Below are positions 40,525 to 50,338 of a stretch of 64,000 bases of DNA, one piece after another. The number at the start of each line of letters is the position of its first letter. Position 1 is the first letter of the stretch. A program made the position numbers and the translations under genes. The DNA is from an uncultured virus (IMG/VR IMGVR_UViG_3300027708_002017) (Duplodnaviria > Heunggongvirae > Uroviricota > Caudoviricetes): the IMG/VR virus record IMGVR_UViG_3300027708_002017; one strand, written 5' to 3'. Below the pieces are notes generated by a model. That model was not told the origin of the DNA, did no database searches, and saw nothing but the letters and a program-made list of their open reading frames with translations.

Positions 40525-41945
40525 GTTACCCAATCGCCAACTATTAATGCTTCTTCAAGGTCTTTATAATCCTGAAGTTTATCAAGTGTTTTCTGTTTCC
40601 ACAACTCGTATCTTTCTTCCATTCCATCAGTTATTGATTTTTCTGCTACTTCTTTACTAAATTTCCCAAGTCCTGCTAACACATGATTCCACGCCCTATA
40701 ACTTAAATTGTTATAAGGATTAGGAATGTCTTCTGCTGTTAACATTCTTGTTTTAGCAATTTCTAAAATTTCATCAACACGCGGTGTTGAAATAGTATTA
40801 ACATGACGCCAGAATTCAGTATCGTCTCTACCGCCTTTGTAATGTAACACAATAAAGTCTTTTATATCGTCATACAATTTAGACATATCGTTGTTATAAA
40901 GATTCTTGGACGATTGATTTTTTAGAGATTCACCTAGTGCATCTATTTGTATTTTTGTAGCATGAATACTCGTAGCTTCTAAGGGTTCTACAAATGCGCC
41001 TGCAAGTCCTAACGCTACACAATTCTTATGCCATAATTTTTCTAACCTACCTGCGTCAAACTTTATATGTTTAGCCGGATTGATTTCAAATTCTGGATAG
41101 CGGTTTTCTAATTCTTTAATCACTTCTGGGTAGTCAATAAATTTATCACAGTAAACGTATCCTACTCCTACTTTGTCAAACAATGGTATGTTCCAAGTCC
41201 ATCCAGCTGTTCTTGCTTCTGCTCCAGTAAACACACCTACGGGTCTTCTGTACGGAACTCTAAACGGAACTGCACTATTCATGATTAGGCAATCGCTGTA
41301 TGAAATCCATTTATTATTTAGACTGTTCATTAGTAATTTCTTAAAGCCAGTACAGTCAATATACAAATCGCCAGTAACTGATCCGACATCTTCTAACGTT
41401 AATCCAGTTATGCCGTTTTTATCTATACTAACTTCTGTAATTACGTTGTCTATTACTTCGACATTTTCGCATTTACCTTTCAACCATTGTCCGACTAAAT
41501 GTCCGTCAAAGTGATAACTCCATTCGGTCTCTGTCCACACGCCTGTTTCGTCTTTTCGGATAGGTACCTTATCTTCGCTTATAAACATACCTAATGCAGA
41601 TACTTCGTGAATACTTTTGTTTTGTGAAATCATCAAGGGTAAGAAATCTTCCCTGTCTGTGTTTGGAAGTACATCGAGTGGTAGATAGTAAGAGTTGGGC
41701 CAGCCTCTATGCTGTACAGCAATTTTCATACTTCCTTGCGTCTGCTCCATAAACTCTCTAGGACTGAATCCAAGGTCACTATTGCTGTTAATTAACGATC
41801 CTACTACATGAGTGCCGCCTTCGCCGACACCAATAATACCTATCTTACTAGATTCTATCACAGTAACAGAATGTTTATAAAACTTGCTTAATAATAGGGC
41901 GGCTAACCAACCTGCTGTGCCTCCTCCGACTATTACTATCTTCAT
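40521..41945 (-). CDS. Flavin-dependent (tryptophan halogenase-family) enzyme
   Basis: GGGTAGW, IGVGE, catalytic-position Lys (GSMK), WTWNIP, FVEPLEATSI. Confidence 0.9.
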   Translation of the reverse strand: MKIVIVGGGTAGWLAALLLSKFYKHSVTVIESSKIGIIGVGEGGTHVVGSLINSNSDLGFSPREFMEQTQGSMKIAVQHRGWPNSYYLPLDVLPNTDREDFLPLMISQNKSIHEVSALGMFISEDKVPIRKDETGVWTETEWSYHFDGHLVGQWLKGKCENVEVIDNVITEVSIDKNGITGLTLEDVGSVTGDLYIDCTGFKKLLMNSLNNKWISYSDCLIMNSAVPFRVPYRRPVGVFTGAEARTAGWTWNIPLFDKVGVGYVYCDKFIDYPEVIKELENRYPEFEINPAKHIKFDAGRLEKLWHKNCVALGLAGAFVEPLEATSIHATKIQIDALGESLKNQSSKNLYNNDMSKLYDDIKDFIVLHYKGGRDDTEFWRHVNTISTPRVDEILEIAKTRMLTAEDIPNPYNNLSYRAWNHVLAGLGKFSKEVAEKSITDGMEERYELWKQKTLDKLQDYKDLEEALIVGDWVT

Positions 41946-42012
41946 AGATTTCCTTTGAGTATTACTCTTATAAAATATTTATCACCATTTACTGCCCTAA
42001 ATAAATAACAAC

Positions 42013-42264
42013 ATGACATTAGAACAAGCATGGAATTTACTAGAATCACTCAACGATAGTGCTAACCAACAAGCTAGTGAACTGTGGCTCGCTAATAATC
42101 TTGCCGAAGCAATTTCGTATCAGTCTGCTTGTTTTAGGAAAAAATGCTTAGAACTGGATGCAACTCAACAGCAATTAGTACAGCATTGGATTAGTAATGA
42201 TGACGAATTTCAAGATTACTTTAAGTGCTTATCCGGCGTGAATAATGTTGTAGATGCTGTCTGA
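42013..42264 (+). CDS. Hypothetical protein
   Basis: 83 aa; ATG 5 nt after TAAATA. Confidence 0.6.
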   Translation: MTLEQAWNLLESLNDSANQQASELWLANNLAEAISYQSACFRKKCLELDATQQQLVQHWISNDDEFQDYFKCLSGVNNVVDAV

Positions 42265-42813
42265 AAAACTAGCATGAGAACTAGCATCCGGATGGCAGTT
42301 GTCGTCTGCCTTTCCTAGCATTTCAAACAGCCCTAATATCTTAATCTGATTCCACGCTGGTATTTCTATATCTGGATACTCTATTACAAAGTTATAATTT
42401 TTTACACCTATGTTATTAAGATAGGATTGCACATGATTTAGCCGCCCGTAGAAGTCCAATACCATATCATGCCTGTTGCTGTAATTCATGTAATAAAGTT
42501 TTTCGTCATCCTTCCACGGATTTATTCTTCGTATGCTATCGGATTTAATAATACAGAATCTGCTAAAGTAAGTCCACGTAATAATAACAATGTCATCCTC
42601 TTGAAATTTAAAATTTAAAATATCGTGCCATATCTCTTTATTGCTATTACCGGACTTGCCAAGATTAACAGATTCACAGTTTAACTTGTTTGCTAGCAAC
42701 GCAGGGAAGGCTAACTTACTAGGATTAGGACCTTGAGTTATTTTATCTTCTTCTAAGCAGTCGGCTAAACCGTGACCATATGTATAACTGCACCCGAACG
42801 CAATAACTCTCAT
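42229..42813 (-). CDS. SGNH/GDSL hydrolase-like protein
   Basis: AFGCSYTYG, NLGKSGNSN, DNCHP. Confidence 0.7.
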   Translation of the reverse strand: MRVIAFGCSYTYGHGLADCLEEDKITQGPNPSKLAFPALLANKLNCESVNLGKSGNSNKEIWHDILNFKFQEDDIVIITWTYFSRFCIIKSDSIRRINPWKDDEKLYYMNYSNRHDMVLDFYGRLNHVQSYLNNIGVKNYNFVIEYPDIEIPAWNQIKILGLFEMLGKADDNCHPDASSHASFSDSIYNIIHAG

Positions 42814-42814
42814 C

Positions 42815-43426
42815 TTAATCTGTATCCAAATTAAATTCAGCGGCTATGCACATTCGAGGTTCTGCTATAGCATGAGCATCTACTGCGTGTAATATCGAAT
42901 TATCAAAGATAATAATATTGCCTGCTTCAATTGAGATTTTAACCATATCTGCTTCCGGACAGTCACTAACCCACTGGCCGTACTTACTGTTGTGTATAAA
43001 CACTAAGTTGGATCCGCCTTTAGATGCGTCGGGGTAGAATAAAGTTATTAATGATTTGAAACTAGTGTCTTCAAATTTATCATAATGATTTTTAATCTCG
43101 CACCCTTCAAAAGTTAGATTCATCCAAGTGTTATCAAATTTTAAATTGTTAACTACTTTGTCTGTGAATAGGTACGAATACTTTAAACCTGTTTCTTGTA
43201 AAAAATCTAGCAAAGGCTGTAAACGATTAATCTTATCTTTGTTCATTGTAAGATTAAGATCAGTTGTACAAATTTTGCCACCTCTGGAATACGGATGGTC
43301 AACAAACTTGTTTCCGGGAGCCATAAGATAATCAACCATTTCTTTATATACTTCGTTTGGAAATAGTGTTTCTACATCGGCAGTCTTAAGAACTACAACC
43401 GGAGAGCCAAAAATTATTTGTATCAT
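42815..43426 (-). CDS. 2OG-Fe(II) oxygenase
   Basis: TWMN..HYD..LHAV..RMCIA. Confidence 0.75.
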   Translation of the reverse strand: MIQIIFGSPVVVLKTADVETLFPNEVYKEMVDYLMAPGNKFVDHPYSRGGKICTTDLNLTMNKDKINRLQPLLDFLQETGLKYSYLFTDKVVNNLKFDNTWMNLTFEGCEIKNHYDKFEDTSFKSLITLFYPDASKGGSNLVFIHNSKYGQWVSDCPEADMVKISIEAGNIIIFDNSILHAVDAHAIAEPRMCIAAEFNLDTD

Positions 43427-43465
43427 AAAGATATTTATTACATAATTTTTCTGATAAGTAGTGTT

Positions 43466-44065
43466 ATGAAAATATACAAAGATTACATCATTACAGCTAG
43501 GCTAAACTTAGACTTGGCTGAAATAACAGATAGCTGTTATAAAATGAAAAGTGTAATTGACAAGAATTTTGGAGAGAAACTCCTTGCGATTGAATACAAT
43601 GAAGACGAAGGAAAATTAACTCCCTTAACAACCCAAGGGTTTGAGCATTATAATTTATTGATGTACGGCTTTGATGGATTTCATTCTTTGTATTTTGAAA
43701 TACAAAAGCTGTTTCGGCAAGTTAAAAAACACGATGAACCTTATTATATTCGGTGCTGGCTTAACATATACGAACAAGGCAATTTTGTTGATTGGCATAA
43801 TCATTATCCTCCCAAGTGTAATTCTTGGCACGGATTCTTTTGTGTAGATTGTGAGCCTAGTAAGACAACATATCAATTGCCTAACGTATCAGAACCCGTT
43901 GATATTATAAGCGAGAACAATTTATTAGTACTAAGTAAGAGTGACGGCGATAAGCATCGTACTTGGCCTTGGGAATACGAAGACCGTGATAGAATAACCA
44001 TAGCGTTTGATATTGTGCCAGCATCGCATACCGGCGAATTCTTAAATCATTGGATCCCAATATAA
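43466..44065 (+). CDS. 2OG-Fe(II) oxygenase
   Basis: CWLN..WHNH..KHRT..RITIAFD. Confidence 0.75.
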   Translation: MKIYKDYIITARLNLDLAEITDSCYKMKSVIDKNFGEKLLAIEYNEDEGKLTPLTTQGFEHYNLLMYGFDGFHSLYFEIQKLFRQVKKHDEPYYIRCWLNIYEQGNFVDWHNHYPPKCNSWHGFFCVDCEPSKTTYQLPNVSEPVDIISENNLLVLSKSDGDKHRTWPWEYEDRDRITIAFDIVPASHTGEFLNHWIPI

Positions 44066-44862
44066 TGCTTCCACATAAACATTTATTAATAAGAGCACAA
44101 ATTAATAACCATATATCGGATATTGATACGATATCACATTGGGTCTCAAATTTGGTAGAAACAATTCAAATGAAAATATTGCACGGCCCGGTGGCAGTGT
44201 ATTGCGATAAGACAGGTAACCGAGGCATTACAGCATTTGCTATAATCGAAACTAGTCATATTGTCTTACATACGTGGGATGAAACTGATCCGGGAACGCT
44301 TCAGTTGGATGTGTATACTTGTTCAGATTTAGAAATAGATTGTGTGTTTAAAGCTCTTACTATTTTCCAACCTATAACAATAGACTATAAGTTTTTAGAT
44401 AGAGAACAAGGATTTTTAGAAATTACAGATTCACCGATACAGGTAGTAGGAAAATGGGTGAGTAGGATAACTAAGAAACACGATGACATTGGAGGTAATC
44501 GCATTTGCCCGTTTGCTAAAATGCCCAGGGTTGTTTCTGTTGAAAAATTATGTTTTGAAGACTTCATAGGCATCGCTGACGAACTTACAATATATATGGA
44601 AAATGGAGTTCGTAGTAGCTATGACGAATTAGAAGAACTTTGCAGAAATCTTAAAAGTCTTAATCCAAATTTTGTGTTCCTACCCGACCACCCTTACAAA
44701 CCTAATTATATTAACGGTCACGAAACGGGCAACGGTGTGTTTCCTTGTATCATTGTACAAACTAAGCAAGAATTAGATTCAGCTAGATCTGCATTGGAAA
44801 AAACTGATTATTATCAGCATTGGGACAACGACTATTTGGCTGAAATCAAAAGTTTTGATTAA
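44065..44862 (+). CDS. speD: Pyruvoyl S-adenosylmethionine decarboxylase-like domain fused to a C-terminal CPFA-motif domain
   Basis: HKHLLI, GITAFAIIETSHIVLHTW, LDVYTCS; C-terminal RICPFAK domain (DUF1415-like). Confidence 0.75.
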   Translation: MLPHKHLLIRAQINNHISDIDTISHWVSNLVETIQMKILHGPVAVYCDKTGNRGITAFAIIETSHIVLHTWDETDPGTLQLDVYTCSDLEIDCVFKALTIFQPITIDYKFLDREQGFLEITDSPIQVVGKWVSRITKKHDDIGGNRICPFAKMPRVVSVEKLCFEDFIGIADELTIYMENGVRSSYDELEELCRNLKSLNPNFVFLPDHPYKPNYINGHETGNGVFPCIIVQTKQELDSARSALEKTDYYQHWDNDYLAEIKSFD

Positions 44863-45935
44863 ATTATAGATCTGTTACTGCCGCGGCGTTTTGTATCTAG
44901 AGTAGAACAATGTATGCCACCTTCCCAGAACAACATATGGCGTTGTTCGCAGACATGACATTCGATCCCAAAAGTTTTTAAATACTGAAATAGTTCAGGA
45001 AGTGCCCTACCAAATATAATGTTGTGTCTATCGATAATTAGCACGTTAAGATCAAAACAAACATCTTGATTATATCCTCGCCAGTTATCTAGATACTGAT
45101 CGATCCATGACAAGTTATATCTTCCACCTGCATTAATATAATCTTGTTTATATTGGGCAGTTTTTGGTTGAGGAACATATTGTTCAACATCGATTAGTCT
45201 AAGATGCCGAAGGGCTTGAGGCACCCATTCTATTCCTGCGTGTATAACCGTTTCATCATCAATTAAAATAAATCCGTGGTCGATGTGTCCGTAGTTATCG
45301 GCATGGCAGTCAGTGTTTTCTATAAACTCAAATTCTGGAAGATTTCTTTTAAGCCACTCATATCCCAATGCGTTTCCTGGCCCTTTGGCATTTATAATAA
45401 TTTTGTCACCCACAGGAAACATAGTAGCTGTATGGAATAACAAGCGATCTTTTAATTTCGTATCATATATAGATCCAGTTTCGTTCCAAACATACCACAG
45501 ATCCGATGGAGTAACCGGCACTAAAGGAGGAGTAGGTTGGCTGACCCAGTTATATCCTTGTTTGAACATATCTGCAAATATTTTATAATAACTAAGCCCA
45601 TCAAAATATCTATCAGTAAGACTAGTATAAGTTTGAAGGATAGTTTTTCCCTGTACTTTGTATTGATCTCTAGGTACTGTAGGACCCATGGGAAATTTTA
45701 CATCAAACCCGCTCATAGATATATGGTCAGGATACTTCATAACCTCAGGTCTGCAAACTTTTATATTGCCTTTGATCAGGAAGTCGGATAAATTATCAAA
45801 ATCTCGTTTGGTTTCTTCTAGTATTCGATTAAACGAAAATAGAGATTTATTAGGAAACAAATGATCTAAGTCCCCAGGTAAGTAAGAGTCCGCTACAATA
45901 ACTTCTTCTAGAGGGTCGTATTCTGTGTAAACCAT
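44859..45935 (-). CDS. Amidinotransferase (Gly/inosamine amidinotransferase family)
   Basis: EYDPLEEVIV, PRD, GHIDH, GGIHCSTLD (catalytic His/Cys). Confidence 0.85.
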   Translation of the reverse strand: MVYTEYDPLEEVIVADSYLPGDLDHLFPNKSLFSFNRILEETKRDFDNLSDFLIKGNIKVCRPEVMKYPDHISMSGFDVKFPMGPTVPRDQYKVQGKTILQTYTSLTDRYFDGLSYYKIFADMFKQGYNWVSQPTPPLVPVTPSDLWYVWNETGSIYDTKLKDRLLFHTATMFPVGDKIIINAKGPGNALGYEWLKRNLPEFEFIENTDCHADNYGHIDHGFILIDDETVIHAGIEWVPQALRHLRLIDVEQYVPQPKTAQYKQDYINAGGRYNLSWIDQYLDNWRGYNQDVCFDLNVLIIDRHNIIFGRALPELFQYLKTFGIECHVCEQRHMLFWEGGIHCSTLDTKRRGSNRSII

Positions 45936-47041
45936 TTTAAGTTATCCTTTAATACTTCAAAATATTCATCGTCAGCATTTATTGGAATAATGTAAAAAAT
46001 CTTTTCTTGTCCATTAAACACTTTAAAATGTAGACCAAATCTATGTACAATTTTATACTCACTAGCTTCAAAAATAGAAGTAGCATGTTCTACTAACTTG
46101 TCGTGGTTGGCCAATAAGTTGTCTCTTTCTAAAATGTCTAAATATTTCATGGCACTAGCTATACCTGCTAGACTAAAGCTATAGGTAAATCCGTGTTCCC
46201 ATTTAAAATTGTCTGGAAGAGCATCTTCAATTTTTTTGTTATAAAGGACCATACTTAATGGAAAAAACCCTGCGGTTATTGCTTTACCCATGGTAGAAAT
46301 ATCGGGTACAATATTAAATTTCCTCCAACCTACATAATCTCCAGTTTTGCCTGCACCCATGAATATGTCATCGATTATTATTAGTACATCGTGTTCTTGT
46401 CGGATACGATCTAATTTTGCCCAAAATTCTGAAGATTCAGGTACCATCACATCTGGACCGTAGGCGCATGTTTCTATCATAATAGCGGCTACCGAATCCC
46501 AATCGACTGAATTTTCTTCAAAATTTCTAGGTATACGTTTGACTGACTGATATGGATCTAGCGTATAGAAAGGTTTATCCATAAAATTATCATAACCGAC
46601 ACTCATAGTCATCCATGTACTACCGTGATAACTTTTTTCAAATCCTACAATAGTTTTCTTATGATGATTACCTTTTTGATATTGATAGGCACTTGCTAAT
46701 TTAATTGCACCTTCGTTAGCATCAGATCCGCTAAGTGAGAAAAATTGTTTCATCCCAGTTAACTTATAAATTCTTTCTGAAAAATCAAAACTGATATGAT
46801 TTAATCTAACATCATAGGTTTTGGGCATAAATGGTTCTGCTATTTCTGGTTTATTATTCTTAACAACATTCATGACAGAGTCTATAATTTCTTCATTTTC
46901 GTAACCCAATACAAAACATCCGTAATGTAATATAGGATCAATAATTTTTCTGCCATCTCTTACTTCGCCGTATTTCCAACGAGGTAACGGAAGCGAAACT
47001 TCCTGTTGTTGCATGTTTGGTATTAAACCTTGGTATTTCAT
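45908..47041 (-). CDS. Class III PLP-dependent aminotransferase
   Basis: SGSDANEGAIK, SYHG, IIDDIFMG.GKTG, PDISTMGK, HGFTYS. Confidence 0.9.
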   Translation of the reverse strand: MKYQGLIPNMQQQEVSLPLPRWKYGEVRDGRKIIDPILHYGCFVLGYENEEIIDSVMNVVKNNKPEIAEPFMPKTYDVRLNHISFDFSERIYKLTGMKQFFSLSGSDANEGAIKLASAYQYQKGNHHKKTIVGFEKSYHGSTWMTMSVGYDNFMDKPFYTLDPYQSVKRIPRNFEENSVDWDSVAAIMIETCAYGPDVMVPESSEFWAKLDRIRQEHDVLIIIDDIFMGAGKTGDYVGWRKFNIVPDISTMGKAITAGFFPLSMVLYNKKIEDALPDNFKWEHGFTYSFSLAGIASAMKYLDILERDNLLANHDKLVEHATSIFEASEYKIVHRFGLHFKVFNGQEKIFYIIPINADDEYFEVLKDNLKWFTQNTTL

Positions 47042-47042
47042 T

Positions 47043-47660
47043 TTATTCCAGTATGTAATTTTTAAATATTTCTAAAGCTCTTTGAACAGTTAATAATTCA
47101 TTATTTTCTAATAGTGTAAAACACAACGTCCAACGGTGTTCTGTGGGAGACGGATTCCATGTAGAATGCAATTGACTTATATTAAGAAGACTGGGTCTAT
47201 CAATAACGGCTTCATAAACTAAATCGGCATCTTCGTGGTCTGCGAACAACACATACTCAATATCTATGTCAGGAATAATTCCTGCTTCTAAAAACTTTGT
47301 ATTGGCGTTTCCATCATTGATATAATATTTTTTTAATTTAGATTCATCTTTAATCTTATACCATTGAGTAGTGCTGTCAACTGATCCCCAGGTAAAGTTT
47401 AATTTACACACATCATTTGTACCAGGCATATAGCTGGTATCTGAATGTAACGGAACTCTTCCTCCGTTTGGTTTAGTATAAAATGCTTCCAAAACATTTG
47501 AAATTTTCAAACCAAGGCTGTTAATCCATTCTTCAAATGGAGGATGGATCTGATCTCGATTGATTAAAACAGAATAAGTATCTGCAGGCTGGTTAAATCT
47601 TGTTGGCTTTGGAAAATCAAAAGGAAGATTTAGATATTTGTGATAAACGGTATCGGTCAT
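47043..47660 (-). CDS. Probable 2OG-Fe(II)/cupin oxygenase
   Basis: PLHSD..KLNFTW..LHSTWN..RW. Confidence 0.6.
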   Translation of the reverse strand: MTDTVYHKYLNLPFDFPKPTRFNQPADTYSVLINRDQIHPPFEEWINSLGLKISNVLEAFYTKPNGGRVPLHSDTSYMPGTNDVCKLNFTWGSVDSTTQWYKIKDESKLKKYYINDGNANTKFLEAGIIPDIDIEYVLFADHEDADLVYEAVIDRPSLLNISQLHSTWNPSPTEHRWTLCFTLLENNELLTVQRALEIFKNYILE

Positions 47661-47708
47661 TGTGGAATATTTATGTGGTTGATTACACATGTTGAATTTT
47701 CTTGAGCC

Positions 47709-47740
47709 AAAAAAAAATCCACAAACAAAGTGTGGATTTT
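47709..47740 (-). terminator. Intrinsic terminator after the tail-fibre-like gene
   Basis: AAATCCAC-loop-GTGGATTT followed by a T-run. Confidence 0.7.
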
Positions 47741-47758
47741 TCAGATATAAAAATTATT

Positions 47759-48946
47759 TTAATGCAAAGCTACCCAGTTGGATCCATCATATGCAACAAC
47801 TTTATTAGTTACAGCCGGACTAGTTCCAGCAGACATCAACACCATCATGCCTTTTGCAGGAGTAGGAATGGCTGTGGTACGTGCCGCATCGTTGGCATAA
47901 ACTGCAAGTTGTGTATATTTACTAGCAACAAATGCGTTTGAAGTTACAACACCGTTAGATGTAAGAATTAGTGCGTTTGCTGGATCTTGACCTGAATCAG
48001 TGGCAGCTGATAGAACAATTTGAGATTTAATATAATTGCCACCTGCAATCACTGCTGTTGGGTCAACAACAAAACTAATAATACCTGCAACACCCGATGT
48101 TGAACTGTTGGTGTTGCCTCTTATTGCTATGCCGCCTAATTCGTCACCAGCTTGTACTGCTGTTGGTGATACAAGTGTGCCTCTACTCAATGTTGTTGTA
48201 ATATACCCGTATGAATTTATTCCGTCTACAACTCGACGAAGCTGTAAATCAGTTGTTAAATTTATTGATACCCCACCTGTCATAGCAATATAACCAGTGC
48301 CATTAATATTATAACCGTTTAATGGTAAGTTAGCGCCAAGGCCTTGTGTTGCTGAAATAGTTCCGCTAGTACTAAAATTACCTCCTGTTACAATGCCACT
48401 AGCTGTAATATAACCGGTTGTGTTGATATTACCAGTTCCAGTAATATTAAAACCGTTCAGTGGTAGATTAGCACCAAGGCCGGTATTAGCACGTATAGTA
48501 GTAGCAGTAATTGCTCCAGTGATGTTAATAGACCCTGTACCGTTAACTGCATAATTATTTAAATTTAAATTTCCGCCTAATCCGCCTGCAAGATTAGCTG
48601 TGCCAGTGGTACTCAATGATCCAGTAATACTTATATTACCAGTGCCGCCAATATTGTTAGAATTTAACGATAAATTGCCGCCCAATTGAGGATTTGTATC
48701 TTGTACAATTGCAGTAATGCCACCACCACCGCCACCACCGCCGCCTGTGGCTGTGATATACGGAATGCCATTTACGTCGGCCCAAGCTAGTCCTGTTCCT
48801 AAACGTATAAGAGGAACGCCTCCGGGTGTAACGCCGTCGCCGATGTATAATTTTTGTTTATCAATGGTCCATACTGGCTCCCCTAAATCAAAAGCAGGCG
48901 ATGCCGCTCTTTGAGCCTCTGTTCCTCGTCTTATGCGAAATGACAT
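47759..48946 (-). CDS. Virion structural / tail-fibre-like protein
   Basis: N-terminal IRRGT..GEP..T.D..KLYIGDG (Mtd-N-like), poly-Gly linker, Gly/Asn/Thr repeats, C-terminal YDGSNW. Confidence 0.75.
   Translation of the reverse strand: MSFRIRRGTEAQRAASPAFDLGEPVWTIDKQKLYIGDGVTPGGVPLIRLGTGLAWADVNGIPYITATGGGGGGGGGITAIVQDTNPQLGGNLSLNSNNIGGTGNISITGSLSTTGTANLAGGLGGNLNLNNYAVNGTGSINITGAITATTIRANTGLGANLPLNGFNITGTGNINTTGYITASGIVTGGNFSTSGTISATQGLGANLPLNGYNINGTGYIAMTGGVSINLTTDLQLRRVVDGINSYGYITTTLSRGTLVSPTAVQAGDELGGIAIRGNTNSSTSGVAGIISFVVDPTAVIAGGNYIKSQIVLSAATDSGQDPANALILTSNGVVTSNAFVASKYTQLAVYANDAARTTAIPTPAKGMMVLMSAGTSPAVTNKVVAYDGSNWVALH
48275..48690 (-). repeat. Four imperfect LGxNLxLNxxxIxGTGxI protein repeats (coordinates approximate)
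   Basis: LGGNLSLNSNNIGGTGNI / LGGNLNLNNYAVNGTGSI / LGANLPLNGFNITGTGNI / LGANLPLNGYNINGTGYI. Confidence 0.8.
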
Positions 48947-49002
48947 GTACTATCTCCGGTATTCTATAGTATATTTATTCTCTACGCACAGAAGCTATAG
49001 TC

Positions 49003-49029
49003 AAAAAAATAGGGCCCGAAGGCCCTATT
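49003..49029 (-). terminator. Intrinsic terminator with UUCG loop
   Basis: AATAGGGCC-TTCG-GGCCCTATT followed by a T-run. Confidence 0.9.
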
Positions 49030-49044
49030 AAAGTGCTACTATTA

Positions 49045-49650
49045 TTACATAGTAGGACCGTTTCCGTTCTTAAAACCTACGCTACCACCCTCTGCTTCTA
49101 TGTTCTTAATGACATCTTCAAACAAGATAGGTGCAAAATCGGGTGTTTGCTCTACGCAAACGCAATGGTAGCGAACATCGTTTTCATCGCTGTACAAGAT
49201 TTCGCCTGTTCTAGCATCAACTCCACGAGCTTTTTTTACACGATTAGCGTGAGTGTGTCCATGAATGTTAGTACCAAAACGACCCATTGAATCTGAGTGT
49301 AACGGAATATGGCTAAGGATCATACCGTTCATAACGTGATAAGCTCTAAGTTCTCTAAAGTACTGACGATATTCGTCGTCCCTAAAGATATCGTGATTGC
49401 CACGAATTAAAACCTTGTCGCCGTTAAGTCTGGATAAGATTTTTAACGCCTTACGATTGATGACAACATCACCCAAATGGTAGACCTTGTCAGTGGGCTT
49501 TACCCGTTCGTTCCACGCCTTAACCATAGCTTCGTCCATTTCATCTGGATCAGTCCAGGGACGAAGTTTTGTAACACCATCGTTACGTGTGAAGCGACAT
49601 ACACCAGTGTGTCCAAAGTGCGTGTCGCTTACTAAGAATACACTTGGCAT
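49045..49650 (-). CDS. Calcineurin-like phosphoesterase
   Basis: SDTHFGH, HLGD, GNHD, SHIP, HGHTH. Confidence 0.9.
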   Translation of the reverse strand: MPSVFLVSDTHFGHTGVCRFTRNDGVTKLRPWTDPDEMDEAMVKAWNERVKPTDKVYHLGDVVINRKALKILSRLNGDKVLIRGNHDIFRDDEYRQYFRELRAYHVMNGMILSHIPLHSDSMGRFGTNIHGHTHANRVKKARGVDARTGEILYSDENDVRYHCVCVEQTPDFAPILFEDVIKNIEAEGGSVGFKNGNGPTM

Positions 49651-49665
49651 ATTCGCCTCCTTTCT

Positions 49666-49839
49666 TTAATAAGTTTCTTTGATAATGTTGTACTCTTCAG
49701 CTGGCCATTTGGCCTTAAATTCGTCAGTTTTCACATAGTCATTAAATGATTTAGCATCAAAAAACACTTTGTGAAATTCAGTTTTAAATGCACCTTTTTT
49801 GGTTACAGTTAAGTAAACCGATTTTGCTTTGCCAGCCAT
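49666..49839 (-). CDS. Hypothetical protein
   Basis: MAGKAKSVYL...; SD AAAGG; directly after a promoter. Confidence 0.65.
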   Translation of the reverse strand: MAGKAKSVYLTVTKKGAFKTEFHKVFFDAKSFNDYVKTDEFKAKWPAEEYNIIKETY

Positions 49840-49866
49840 TGAGTACCTTTCGTTGTTTAATAATGT

Positions 49867-49895
49867 ATTATAACAGCTATTTAACAACTAGTCAA
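49867..49895 (-). promoter_or_regulatory. sigma70-type promoter
   Basis: TTGACT-N17-TATAAT with TG extension. Confidence 0.75.
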
Positions 49896-50063
49896 TCAAT
49901 GCACACTTTCTTTTGCATCTACTTCGCACTCAACTACCCAATTATCAAACTGGGTAAACTTGTTTACTTCCACACCTAAGCCAACTGCTTCGTTTACAAA
50001 ATGCTGTAACAGCGCATTGTACAGTTCGTCGGGCATAGTGTCTTTATCAAACTTGATCTTCAT
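49896..50063 (-). CDS. Hypothetical protein (55 aa)
   Basis: Hand translation MKIKFDKDTMPDELYNALLQHFVNEAVG...; ATGA overlap. Confidence 0.6.
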   Translation of the reverse strand: MKIKFDKDTMPDELYNALLQHFVNEAVGLGVEVNKFTQFDNWVVECEVDAKESVH

Positions 50064-50338
50064 AGTTTCTCCAAGTCATGTTTCAAACGACGATGAAAAC
50101 TGTCTTCACCATCATCACCACTTACTAACCAATCAATGCGCTGGGCATAGACGTGTGCTTGACGCAGTAGCACAAGGGCTTTTTTAAACTCAGCAACAGT
50201 TTCTGGAGTAAAATGGCAACCTTTTCGATCGCCCCATTGATCCAGTTCTTCACTGTCGTTATCAATAATCAATTGTTCAACTTCGTCACCAATGTTGCCA
50301 ATTTCCCATTGTTTATATTGAAAATGTCCGCCACTCAT
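50060..50338 (-). CDS. Hypothetical protein
   Basis: MSGGHFQY...IDWLVSGDDGEDSF. Confidence 0.7.
   Translation of the reverse strand: MSGGHFQYKQWEIGNIGDEVEQLIIDNDSEELDQWGDRKGCHFTPETVAEFKKALVLLRQAHVYAQRIDWLVSGDDGEDSFHRRLKHDLEKL

Noticed and set aside
42013..42264. RiPP precursor or PqqD-like chaperone for the radical SAMs
   Set aside because: No leader/core pattern or recognisable RRE features; left as hypothetical.
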